Shown in pieces: positions 8,302 through 17,497 of a DNA stretch of 64,000 nt (position 1 is the stretch's first letter; every line of letters begins with the position of its first letter). Origin of the DNA: a virus (lineage: Duplodnaviria > Caudoviricetes); IMG/VR virus record IMGVR_UViG_3300045996_002689, positions 484 through 64,483 of that record; one strand, given 5' to 3'. The notes under the pieces are model-generated. The model was not told the origin of the DNA. It ran no database searches and saw nothing but the letters and a program-made list of their open reading frames with translations. The translations under genes were made by a program, and so were the position numbers.

Positions 8302-10035
8302 ATGACAACTTACCTTGAGACAATCAGTAAACAGTTTACAGCGGAATCTAATCACGCTTTTGTGCTACACGGTAACACGCGCGATTTACAACTTGGCGCA
8401 AGTGGATCATGTAGCTTGGTCAATCACATGATCGGTGTATTCAGCCAACTAGAATCGCCGCGACTGGTCGCAGTCTATCGCGTGGGGATCGGCTGGCAAT
8501 TTGCGGTAGATAGTGACAAGGCGAAATTTAGCGAGATCACCGGACTAGCATCCGACAATAGCGGCGCGTTGGCTGGACTTGCCAACACAGATGACCAGCT
8601 ACCAATTGACACAGCTACAGCAATTGGTCTGATTGATCTTGCAATGCGACAAAGCAAAGTTGCTGTCGTGTGTGTTGTGGATCGGGCGGAATTGGTCTGT
8701 GCCAACGCGACATACGGCACGATGTCACCATCCGACAAGGCAGTCTTGTCTATTCTGCAAGCATTAGCCGCGGATGCGTCGGTGGCGGACACGCGTAATC
8801 TACTCATCCTTGTCACCGATACATTGTCAGACTTGCATAGCTCATTGCGTTTAGCGTCAAGTCGGTTTTATGCCATACAGATTGTGCCGCCAGACTACAA
8901 CGAACGTTTGGAAATTGCGCGTCAGGTACTCACGCAACTTGAAACTACGCACAATTGCCAGCTAGAAATCAGCGCGGAGCAATTCGCGCAAGCAACGTCG
9001 ATGATGACGCGCTACGGTTTGCTTGACGTGCTTTTGGATGCCAAGCAAAGCGGCAAACTCACAAAGGCGCAAGTGCGCACAGTCAAAGCGCAAGTCATGT
9101 CACAAGAGTATGGAGACATACTGGAACCACTTGATCCAATCGAATCGGGCTGGCGCGGGGTGGCTGGCATGGCACAGCTAAAAGCCTACTTCGATACCAT
9201 TGTCGCGGACATGCTATCTGGCAATCTATCGGATGTGCCCGCGGGTATTTTGTGCGCAGGCGCGGCGGGACTAGGCAAAACACACTTTATGAGATGCGTC
9301 GCGGGTGAAACTGGCTTGCCTGTGATCAACCTGAACATTGGTCGCATACTGGGATCATTGGTCGGTGAATCGGAAGGGAATCTAGAGCGCGCATTGACAG
9401 CCATCCGTGGTGCCGCGCCGTGTATGGTAGTGCTTGACGAAATCGAAACTACGTTCCCAGACCGATCAACACAGGGCGCACAAGGCGATAGCGGCATCGG
9501 ACAGCGTATTCTCAAGAGAATGTTAGAGGAATTGTCAAACGCAGACAATCGCGGCCGCGTGGTATGGATCGGGATCACCAACTTTCCCCAAAAGCTTGAC
9601 GCGGCACTCTCGCGCGCGGGTCGGTTTGACATTACGGTTGCTTTCCTTCCGCCGACCGAAAGCGAACGCGTCGCATTGGTCGAGCTATATTGTGCCAAGT
9701 ATGACATGTTGATTCCGTCGCAAAAAAGCCTGCTAGATCATGCTGGCAAGCTGGCGGGTTACACCAATGCGGAAATCGAGAACGTTGTGCGCAAGGCGCG
9801 TCAAATTTGTGTAGATCGATGGCAAGATGGTCAGGTAAGTCTAGCCATTACCGACGCAATTAGCCGCGTGCGCGCCAACACTCGCGACGTGCAAGTCATG
9901 ACCTTAAATGCACTCGCGGCAGTCAACGATAGCGACTTGTTACCGGATGCCTACATCGACCAATGGCGCAACGTCACAGGGCAAGTAAGCACAGCTACCA
10001 CGCAAAAATCAGAGACGCGCAAAAGCCTATTTTAG
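8302..10035 (+). CDS. AAA+ ATPase, Ycf46/SpoVK-like (degenerate N-terminal AAA plus active C-terminal AAA)
   Basis: Walker A GAAGLGKT, pore-loop region SLVGESE, Walker B VVLDEIE, SRH TNFPQKLDAALSRAGRFD. Confidence 0.9.
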   Translation: MTTYLETISKQFTAESNHAFVLHGNTRDLQLGASGSCSLVNHMIGVFSQLESPRLVAVYRVGIGWQFAVDSDKAKFSEITGLASDNSGALAGLANTDDQLPIDTATAIGLIDLAMRQSKVAVVCVVDRAELVCANATYGTMSPSDKAVLSILQALAADASVADTRNLLILVTDTLSDLHSSLRLASSRFYAIQIVPPDYNERLEIARQVLTQLETTHNCQLEISAEQFAQATSMMTRYGLLDVLLDAKQSGKLTKAQVRTVKAQVMSQEYGDILEPLDPIESGWRGVAGMAQLKAYFDTIVADMLSGNLSDVPAGILCAGAAGLGKTHFMRCVAGETGLPVINLNIGRILGSLVGESEGNLERALTAIRGAAPCMVVLDEIETTFPDRSTQGAQGDSGIGQRILKRMLEELSNADNRGRVVWIGITNFPQKLDAALSRAGRFDITVAFLPPTESERVALVELYCAKYDMLIPSQKSLLDHAGKLAGYTNAEIENVVRKARQICVDRWQDGQVSLAITDAISRVRANTRDVQVMTLNALAAVNDSDLLPDAYIDQWRNVTGQVSTATTQKSETRKSLF

Positions 10036-10062
10036 CTTTGCGCGTCGATAGAGCGTTGGTAC

Positions 10063-10091
10063 TTGACAGACTAACGCTCTATCGCTATACT
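10063..10091 (+). promoter_or_regulatory. sigma70-type promoter embedded in an inverted repeat
   Basis: TTGACA-17 nt-TATACT; the -35 box is the loop of a 15-bp IR at 10046-10084. Confidence 0.75.
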
Positions 10092-10138
10092 TGCGTTTAG
10101 TACGGTAATTTTTTGAGAACACAGGAGAAACTAGGAAC

Positions 10139-11452
10139 ATGGAAACTTTGACTGGCAGTAACTTAGATGCTTTGCAAGTCTTGCGCGACAGGTTTGCGCG
10201 AGTAACCACCGACGTTACATTGTCGCGTTTTGATTGGCGCGCGCTACTAGAGAGCGGTGCGGTGGCGACTTTGAGCATAGGGCGTTACCGTGGTGTAAAA
10301 GCACTCACGGCGGACGATCTAGGGCTTGACGTCGAAGAAATGAAGGAAGTAGACAAGATTGTACAGCTAGGACACAGACTACTTCTACCACAGGATGTGT
10401 TGAACCAATTTAACACAGTCGAAACGCGTGCGCGCCAAGTGTTGCGCCAATACTGTTTGTCGACGCCCGCGGGGTTGTTTTTGCCAGCTAAGAGCAACGA
10501 TAACTGCGCGAGTGCTATGTTGGAGTTCAAGACCAAGTTTTTTGATCTTGTAGAGCTATTGGTTCAGAACCTACCGGATCACAAACGCGCGATAGAGCGT
10601 CAGTACACCGACTTAGCCAAACAGGTTTACAACCGGTTGCGCGACAGTGGCAAGTATGACTACTCGTTAGCGGAATGGGAGTTTGTAGACACCTTTGTAA
10701 ACCGCTGTATGGCGCAATTTCCAAATGAACAAGAGTTGAGACGGTCTTTCCGGTTTGCCTTGCGTTTGTCGTTTGTTCCTGTGCCCGAAACCAATGGCGA
10801 AACGCCCAGTTTTGCCAATGCCACAGATGATTTACTCCGCCAGCGTAAGATGGTGATACAGGATACGGAAATTGCGCGGCGCGAGTTGATTGACGGTTTT
10901 ATCTCCAGTATCCAATCAGAGGTCTACACGCTGGTGAATACGGTACTAACGGACGTGCTAGGCAGTATAGAGAAAAACGCGCAATTGCAATCTAGGTCGG
11001 TTGTGCAGCTTAAAAACCTAGTCGAAAAGGTTAGTGCGCTAAATTTTTGGGGTGATAAAAGACTAGAGATGATCCAGTCGGAGATAGAATCACTCTTGAG
11101 TGTAGGCAGCAGCAAACGCGATCTAGGCTTGAATCAACAAGTACTGCGTGAATTGCAGTTACAATCCAAAGTAGTGTTGGGCAAGCTTGAACGCGTGGAA
11201 CGCGGCGACCTAGAGATTAAGGCAGAATCGCCCAAAGTGGCATTGTCCAATGCTACAGACCAATGGCGCGGCACAATAATCAATGTATCGCGTCCCGCGC
11301 TGACTGCGAGTGAAATAGACGCCGCCAACAAAGCGGAGTATGAGCGGACAGGTAAGTTACCACAAGTCGAGATGTTTGGCGCGACTTATCAGATAGTGGA
11401 GAACAAACCGACTTTCACACTGGGCACGTCAAGCGGACGCAAGTTGTTTTAA
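10139..11452 (+). CDS. DUF3150-like helical protein
   Basis: LGHRLLLP...FNTVETRARQVL...GLFLP...FP..QELRRSF pattern; next to a phage AAA ATPase. Confidence 0.55.
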   Translation: METLTGSNLDALQVLRDRFARVTTDVTLSRFDWRALLESGAVATLSIGRYRGVKALTADDLGLDVEEMKEVDKIVQLGHRLLLPQDVLNQFNTVETRARQVLRQYCLSTPAGLFLPAKSNDNCASAMLEFKTKFFDLVELLVQNLPDHKRAIERQYTDLAKQVYNRLRDSGKYDYSLAEWEFVDTFVNRCMAQFPNEQELRRSFRFALRLSFVPVPETNGETPSFANATDDLLRQRKMVIQDTEIARRELIDGFISSIQSEVYTLVNTVLTDVLGSIEKNAQLQSRSVVQLKNLVEKVSALNFWGDKRLEMIQSEIESLLSVGSSKRDLGLNQQVLRELQLQSKVVLGKLERVERGDLEIKAESPKVALSNATDQWRGTIINVSRPALTASEIDAANKAEYERTGKLPQVEMFGATYQIVENKPTFTLGTSSGRKLF

Positions 11453-11477
11453 TTTTTCACACAGGAGAAACTAGATC

Positions 11478-11876
11478 ATGGCATGTAACAGCGTAGCAGT
11501 CAGTAGTGCAATCGTCAGTCAGGTGAATCTCGACCTTACTGAAATGAAGAACCTGTTATCTTCGATCACAGGGATCAAAGCGGAAAGTATTTATGCGTAT
11601 GCGTATGATGCTACTGAGTCTTACGCACAAGTCACCCTAAATGGCAATGTAGAAGTGTATATCGAGCAAATTGACGGTAAGATCACGCTCAAGGTTTACA
11701 CGTCAAACCAAGCGACGGCGGACGCGACAAAAGCCAAACTTGAACCACTCCTGCAAAGTGGCATGGTGATTGCGCAACAGCGTACTGTGTTGCGCAGACT
11801 GGCAGAACTTGGCAAGCTAAGTAACGTCAAGCAAACCAATGGCGGGGTTGTCGCCAAGCTACAGATCACGATCTAG
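11478..11876 (+). CDS. DUF1257/Ycf35-like protein
   Basis: 132 aa, C-terminal Q...V......G....KQTNGGVVAKLQI pattern; position in a Ycf46-type operon. Confidence 0.45.
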   Translation: MACNSVAVSSAIVSQVNLDLTEMKNLLSSITGIKAESIYAYAYDATESYAQVTLNGNVEVYIEQIDGKITLKVYTSNQATADATKAKLEPLLQSGMVIAQQRTVLRRLAELGKLSNVKQTNGGVVAKLQITI

Positions 11877-11888
11877 GGGAATCGACAA

Positions 11889-12125
11889 ATGTCTAAAACA
11901 GGTAAAGTAATCACGTTGGACTTTGGCATGACAGCAGACGGACAAATTGCTTTTTTTGTGCGCGGCGATGCGACTAGCGAAGATGGCAACAAGGCAATCA
12001 AGTTGTTGATGGACGCACTCCAGACCGAAAACATAACGCTGAGTGGTATCACGGAACCCGAACGTCACAGGGACGATACCAGAATACAAGTCGTACACGA
12101 TCTAACGCACCTGCATAACCACTAG
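11889..12125 (+). CDS. DUF2997-like small protein
   Basis: 78 aa, ITLDFGMTADGQIAFFVRG; His-rich tail; last gene of the Ycf46-type operon. Confidence 0.45.
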   Translation: MSKTGKVITLDFGMTADGQIAFFVRGDATSEDGNKAIKLLMDALQTENITLSGITEPERHRDDTRIQVVHDLTHLHNH

Positions 12126-12152
12126 ATTGTTCCTCACAACCGAATAGAGTAC

Positions 12153-12185
12153 AAAAGCCTACAATCCAATGTAGGCTTTTTCTTT
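12153..12185 (+). terminator. intrinsic terminator
   Basis: AAAAGCCTACA-ATCCAA-TGTAGGCTTTTT. Confidence 0.85.
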
Positions 12186-12689
12186 GTCTATTGCGCAACG
12201 AAAGTTGCCGCACTTTACCGTTATTTGAAATCGCTTGTGAGGCACGTAGAAGGCTCTATTTGAGGTCTAGATACGTTTGTGTGTGATTGTATCACTACAT
12301 GGTCTATCGCCATTTAGAGCGGCGATTTTAGCCCACAACAGACCATGTGCAGCAATCACCCTAGAACCCACGATAGGGACATGCCTATGCTTGCATACAG
12401 AATTGCAAGTTGCAGTACTGCGCGGCCAGCATAACAGTACTGCATCCACTATGGTACATGGCGATGACTGCGTGCAAGCAACAGTGGGCAATTGCGATAC
12501 AGAACAATCAACAGTGGGTACAGGGTAGTGTGCAGCATGACGCAAAGCACAGGGGGAATAGAAGGTCTGGGATCGTCGCGTGGATTTATCGCGCTAAGTA
12601 CATACCCCATAGCATACCCGCAATAATCTTTACAGGTAGATAGCTTGTGACAATGTTACGTTGTCCCAAGCAACATAACTTGCGTGAGG

Positions 12690-12705
12690 TTATTGACATA
12701 ATCCC
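12690..12705 (-). repeat. right arm of 16-bp inverted repeat
   Basis: TTATTGACATAATCCC is the reverse complement of 7515-7530. Confidence 0.85.
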
Positions 12706-13357
12706 AAGAGGGGTCATGCCCTTATTATGGTAAAGTCAGACCCCTCTTGCAGTCCATCTCGCACGCTACCGAAAATCCCCTGAAAAAAATAAAAATTTCC
12801 GAAACCCTTTCGTTTCTCGTTCAAGCGAAAGGGTTTACGCTATTAAAGTAAGGCTTTCGGAAGGGTTCTGGAAGGTCAGTTCCTTACTCATTTAATGAGT
12901 ATTCAATCAATGAGTAGCCCCTTCCCCACTCCCTGCCCTCCTGTTGTCGAATACTCCCCTACCCCTGGTAGCCCCCCTCCCTACCACCCCCTGCTTGCGC
13001 TGGGGGAGTGGCTATGCTAGGATGAAGATCGAAAGCATGTGGATATGCGTGTAAGGGTGGGGGCCAGCACCCCTGCCAAACCCCAAGACCCCCTTGTAAA
13101 CTGCCTAGGCTTCTACGCAAGACCCTCTACCCCGTTCAAATTGGTGTGCGCCGGTAGAGGGTTTTGCGCGTCTGCAAGAAATGTTGCGGGCACCCATTTT
13201 TCCAAAAATTACTATCCGAAAAAATAGATCAAAAGCTTTGTTTTTCCGTGCCCCCTCAAAAACCTCTCTCCTTCAAAAATTTATTCAAAAAAAGTTGCAT
13301 TGACTTTCTCGCCCCACCATGCTACAGTGGGCGCGTAGGAGCTAACGAGATAATCCC

Positions 13358-13855
13358 ATGCACACGACCTACCTGCCTTCTATCTTTGGCGACCCGCAAG
13401 GCGACTGGGGGTGCGGTATGAACGCCCAGGCCAAGACCTTTGTCCGCGCCTGGCTGAGTCTTTTGGGCGACAAGGGCGCAGAAATGCGCTGCGACCCCAG
13501 GTTGGTCGCCGCCGCCCAAGCCCATGCCGACTACCTCCACGCCCGCACCGAAGCAGAGATTCTGGCCCGCGCCCACATTCCCCATGCCTCCCACTACGGT
13601 GCCGACTGGTCGATGTCCAATGACCGCGCCCGCGCCCACGGCTACCCCCTCCCCGACAACTACCTGCCCCTCCACAATAACTTAGAAAGCATCACCCGCC
13701 ACTTCGACACCCCCACCCAAGCGGCCCGCGCCCTCTACGACCACGATACCCACCACGACCATATGGCGCTCGTCGGCGGCTTTGCCCACCAAGTGATCTA
13801 TGGCGTGGGCGCAACAGGCCATGATTATGTCGTGTTGACCGCCCCACCCGCTTAA
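13358..13855 (+). CDS. CAP (SCP-like) domain protein
   Basis: LVAAAQAHADYL...SHYGADWS...RARAHGY...ESI...HHDHM...GVG; N-terminal YLPSI motif. Confidence 0.75.
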   Translation: MHTTYLPSIFGDPQGDWGCGMNAQAKTFVRAWLSLLGDKGAEMRCDPRLVAAAQAHADYLHARTEAEILARAHIPHASHYGADWSMSNDRARAHGYPLPDNYLPLHNNLESITRHFDTPTQAARALYDHDTHHDHMALVGGFAHQVIYGVGATGHDYVVLTAPPA

Positions 13856-13865
13856 AAACTGCTAC

Positions 13866-13893
13866 TTGACATTGTGCGCAAATCTGCTACAAT
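13866..13893 (+). promoter_or_regulatory. sigma70-type promoter
   Basis: TTGACA-16 nt-TACAAT with extended -10 TG. Confidence 0.6.
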
Positions 13894-14048
13894 GTCCGCA
13901 AGGCGCTTGTCGTCCGCCTTTTCCACTCCCGCCTATGGACAACGGCGAAAAAATCCTGCTTTTGATATTGGCGCTCTGCGTGGGCACCTGGCTGGCCCTG
14001 GGCCTTTACGCGGTTCTTTGCTGCGCATAGCATTATGGAGATAAACTT

Positions 14049-14261
14049 ATGGTCAAACGCAACAGTAGCTTGGGCGGCAAAGTAGACCCCGAATGGCGGC
14101 GAGCCTATGCCGCCACGCCTGCGCCTGAACCGTGCAAGTTCAAGCCCCCCTGCGGCGAGCGGTGCTGCCTAGACCCCGACGTCGACCATGAGTTGCACAT
14201 CTGCCGCAACCCAAGCTGTCTCTGCCACTCCAGAGAACGCTACGAAGGCAGGCTCCCATGA
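14049..14261 (+). CDS. small Cys/His-rich protein
   Basis: GGAG RBS; seven Cys. Confidence 0.6.
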   Translation: MVKRNSSLGGKVDPEWRRAYAATPAPEPCKFKPPCGERCCLDPDVDHELHICRNPSCLCHSRERYEGRLP

Positions 14262-14536
14262 CCAACCCTAACCCGCCGCAAGCTACGGAGCCGCTGTGGA
14301 GTAGTGACCGCATTGATGAACGAGTCGCGGCACTTGAATATGAGTATGTTGATTCAGGTGCTTTTATTGTGGACGCCAGCGATGTCTACTTACTCTGCCG
14401 AGAAATACAATACGACATGCAACAGGAGATCGACCGCCTCACCGCAGAGAATGAGGCGTTAGCGCGCGCAAGCCCCTTGCTTGTCTTTTTGGGAGGGATT
14501 CGGATCGGCGTTGTTTTATCAAGAGAGGATTTGTGA
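14258..14536 (+). CDS. hypothetical protein
   Basis: ATGA overlap; short coiled coil. Confidence 0.6.
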   Translation: MTNPNPPQATEPLWSSDRIDERVAALEYEYVDSGAFIVDASDVYLLCREIQYDMQQEIDRLTAENEALARASPLLVFLGGIRIGVVLSREDL

Positions 14537-14537
14537 G

Positions 14538-14861
14538 ATGGACAGACGTAAATTTTTGGGGGTAAGCACATTGTCGGTAACAGGACTCTTTGTGGGACAA
14601 GCGCCGCCAAGAGAAGAGACGGTCGAGCAGAAGTTGGGCAGACCGCCGGTTGCCGACATCGGACTCAAGTTTCATGGCGACAGCATCCACTTCCCAGGCT
14701 TTTTTACGGTCTTTGTGGACGGCAAACCTTACGGCCGCATGCGCGCGGGCGACCGGTACGAGGCCACGGGTATGGTGCATGTGGTCGCCTACATGAACTT
14801 CGAGACGACGCCCGCCTTTGACCGGTGGCTCACTCCAGGCGAGAGCTTGGAGATCGGCTAA
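14538..14861 (+). CDS. hypothetical protein with twin-arginine-like N-terminus
   Basis: MDRRKFLG followed by a short hydrophobic stretch; GAGG RBS. Confidence 0.6.
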   Translation: MDRRKFLGVSTLSVTGLFVGQAPPREETVEQKLGRPPVADIGLKFHGDSIHFPGFFTVFVDGKPYGRMRAGDRYEATGMVHVVAYMNFETTPAFDRWLTPGESLEIG

Positions 14862-14888
14862 AAGTTTAGCGGGGAAAGGACTAGGGGA

Positions 14889-15344
14889 ATGAGTGGCATC
14901 TTGATTGCGGTGGGCTTTTTTGCTTTTGGTTTTTTGGCGAGCAGCGTGCTGATCCTGTGGATCGTGGTGGGGGAGTACGACAAGATCGAGGCGGCGGTGA
15001 TAAGGCGCGCCCGCGAGAGGGAAAACGCTTCTTCTGCCACGCCATCGGAGTGGGTAGAGGGGCATGCGCTCACGGCAAAGGCGTTCACGCTGCCCGCCAT
15101 AGGCGTGTTCTGTTTTGCCTACCTGTCGGTGGCGTGGGGGGACTTTCGCAAAGGGCAGATCGTGATCGTCAAGTACATGGAAGATACGGACAAACAGAAC
15201 GTTCGTGTGGGCACGGTCAAGTTTGTTCTCAGCAACGTGTCGTCGGACGGCAAGATGTTGATGCTGGCGCGCATGGAGGGCGGCGCGGACGGCGCGACGA
15301 TTCCCCAGGGAAGCCCGCTCCTTGCCGTCAAGGGAGAGGCGTAG
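14889..15344 (+). CDS. hypothetical membrane protein
   Basis: GGACTAGGGGA leader; hydrophobic N-terminus. Confidence 0.6.
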   Translation: MSGILIAVGFFAFGFLASSVLILWIVVGEYDKIEAAVIRRARERENASSATPSEWVEGHALTAKAFTLPAIGVFCFAYLSVAWGDFRKGQIVIVKYMEDTDKQNVRVGTVKFVLSNVSSDGKMLMLARMEGGADGATIPQGSPLLAVKGEA

Positions 15345-15455
15345 CATGGAAGGTTCACTTGCCCAAACCGCCTGGGTTGTCGTCATCTTTGTGGTCTTTT
15401 TTGTGGTGGGGTGGGTGGCGGGAGAAGCCGCCAGAAGAAAGAAGGGGTGAGGGCA

Positions 15456-15752
15456 ATGAGGCAGGAAGAGTTGCGCGAGAAGTGGATGGAGTTGGTGAGG
15501 GAGGACATCGAGAGCTTGCGCAGGGCGTACCTCTTGTCGCTGCCCCTAGGCAGGATGGAGCAGGAGGACGCGGCGACAGAGGGGAGCGCCTTTGCCACGC
15601 TTGCCCATATCAGCCACTATTTTGTCGAGATGGCGCATTTTCGGGACGTGTTGTGGTTGCAGAGGCGTTTTGGCTATGCGCCGCAAGACGCCGCCAGTGA
15701 AGGAGGGGAGGATAACCATTATGTTTTGGACGATTTGGCTGCTTGGCTTTAA
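15456..15752 (+). CDS. hypothetical protein
   Basis: GAGGG RBS, in-frame ATG. Confidence 0.55.
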   Translation: MRQEELREKWMELVREDIESLRRAYLLSLPLGRMEQEDAATEGSAFATLAHISHYFVEMAHFRDVLWLQRRFGYAPQDAASEGGEDNHYVLDDLAAWL

Positions 15753-15961
15753 GACCTGGGGGTGGTAGAATAGGGGGGCAGGGACGATCCCTGTGCCAAA
15801 AGTCTAACCAAGCTGTCGCGTAAACTGCAATGGCGGGGGAGCGTCCAACTCTTGAGAACGGGGGGACGACTCTCCCGCTGTTGTTTGGCGCGCTTGCTAC
15901 CAAGACTTTTGTGTGATAACTTTTTGAGGCGACCGCTTTTTCTCTACGAAGGGAAGGGATC

Positions 15962-16366
15962 ATGCCTGCAACACTTCTGACCAACATGCAAGGGCCAATC
16001 GACCAGGACAACCCCCTGGTGATTGCCGCCCTCCCTCTTGCCGAAAACGGCTCCGCCCTAACGCCTCAGTACGCGGCGATTGATGCGGCCACCAGTGGCA
16101 ACAACACGCTGGTGGCCGCGGTCACGGGCAAACGCATCCGCGTGGTGGCGCTCATGCTGGTGGCGGGCGGCACCGTGAATGTGCGTTTCGAGAGCGGGGC
16201 TGACGGCACGGCTTTATCGGGACAAATTCAACTGGTGGCGCAGGCGGGTTTCGCCCTGCCCTTTAACCCCGCTGGCTGGTTGCAGACCGCGGTGGGTGCC
16301 CTGCTCAACCTGGAGCTTTCGGCGGCGGTATCGGTCGATGGCATGCTGGTCTACGTTGAGGTATAG
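15962..16366 (+). CDS. putative virion decoration / head-fibre base protein
   Basis: 134-aa beta-rich Ala/Gly/Val protein heading the fibre-like genes. Confidence 0.5.
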   Translation: MPATLLTNMQGPIDQDNPLVIAALPLAENGSALTPQYAAIDAATSGNNTLVAAVTGKRIRVVALMLVAGGTVNVRFESGADGTALSGQIQLVAQAGFALPFNPAGWLQTAVGALLNLELSAAVSVDGMLVYVEV

Positions 16367-16369
16367 GGC

Positions 16370-17497
16370 ATGTCACGCATGGCGCTTTTGGGCGCAGGAT
16401 CGGGCGGAGGGAGTGGCCTCACCTTCCTCCTGCGCGATGACTTTACAACCGCCGCTTCCGCGCCGCTGGCAAGTCCGCGTTCAGCCGAGCCAGGGCCAGG
16501 GACGCTGACGCTGGTGCAGACGGATGGACAGTTTTCAATTAGTAGCGCAAAGCTGTCATTTCCGGTGCAGACTACGCCCGCTTGGGGCGATTTGGGATTT
16601 CACGGCGCTTCGCAGAGTCGTATTGCTGGTCGTGCTGTCCTGGCAACGGTGCGCGTCAACGCTATCAACACCTATGCTTTTTGGGGATGGGACGATAGCT
16701 CAGCATTGAGTCAAGCCAGCACTATCGAGACATTTGTTCTCAATGGGGGCAACTCCAGGTTGGCGCGTTGGACGGCTGGCTCGTTTGCGCCAGACGAGTT
16801 GTTTGCTCATGCGGCCACAACGGATTACCAGTCAGCTATCATATTGCGCGGGGCAGGTGCTTACCTACTTCTAAAAGGTGGGGTGCTTTCAAACTGGACG
16901 CTCGTATGGGTATCGAATACCGGAACAACAACGCCGCTCTATCCTGTGTTCAACAATTTCAACACAGTCGGCACACTCGACCTCTTCCGCGTCCTCGACC
17001 TTGCCGCACCGTTTGACACCGACTATGGCTTGGCGACTCAGCGATTGTCGGGCAGCCAGAGCGCAGGACAAACGTTCACGCATGAGGCGAACTGTGTACT
17101 TGAATATGTGCAAACAACTATGCCAAGCGGGGGCGGCACAAATTCAATTATTACGTTTCGCCGCCAAGACGACAACAATCGTTGGGCAGTTGGTTGTAAC
17201 GAAACTGGGGCATTGTTTCTGCTGGAATATATAGCCGGAGTTCAGAACATTCGGGGTTTGGTTGGTGCTGTTATGGCGAGCGGCCATCGAGTTGTCGTAG
17301 TAGCCGATGGGTCTACCATCCGTGTCTACACTAACAACGTTTTGCGGATCACATATACAAGTGCGAGCAACTTTGCGACCATGACTGCGGGTAAAGTAGA
17401 AACGCTGGCTGGATCATCCGTAGTCAGCGACATTGTTTTGTGGCCGCGCCAACTTGGTGTAGCCGCGGCAGCGTTATTAGATTTGGCGGTGGCCTGA
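16370..17497 (+). CDS. putative head fibre / lectin-like (beta-sandwich) protein 1
   Basis: N-terminal ALLGAG...LLRDDFT; beta-rich, Thr/Ser/Gly-rich. Confidence 0.55.
   Translation: MSRMALLGAGSGGGSGLTFLLRDDFTTAASAPLASPRSAEPGPGTLTLVQTDGQFSISSAKLSFPVQTTPAWGDLGFHGASQSRIAGRAVLATVRVNAINTYAFWGWDDSSALSQASTIETFVLNGGNSRLARWTAGSFAPDELFAHAATTDYQSAIILRGAGAYLLLKGGVLSNWTLVWVSNTGTTTPLYPVFNNFNTVGTLDLFRVLDLAAPFDTDYGLATQRLSGSQSAGQTFTHEANCVLEYVQTTMPSGGGTNSIITFRRQDDNNRWAVGCNETGALFLLEYIAGVQNIRGLVGAVMASGHRVVVVADGSTIRVYTNNVLRITYTSASNFATMTAGKVETLAGSSVVSDIVLWPRQLGVAAAALLDLAVA

Noticed and set aside
7480-12740. IS or transposon defined by terminal inverted repeats
   Set aside because: No transposase inside, no target-site duplication seen, and the genes use the same leader motif as other phage early genes.
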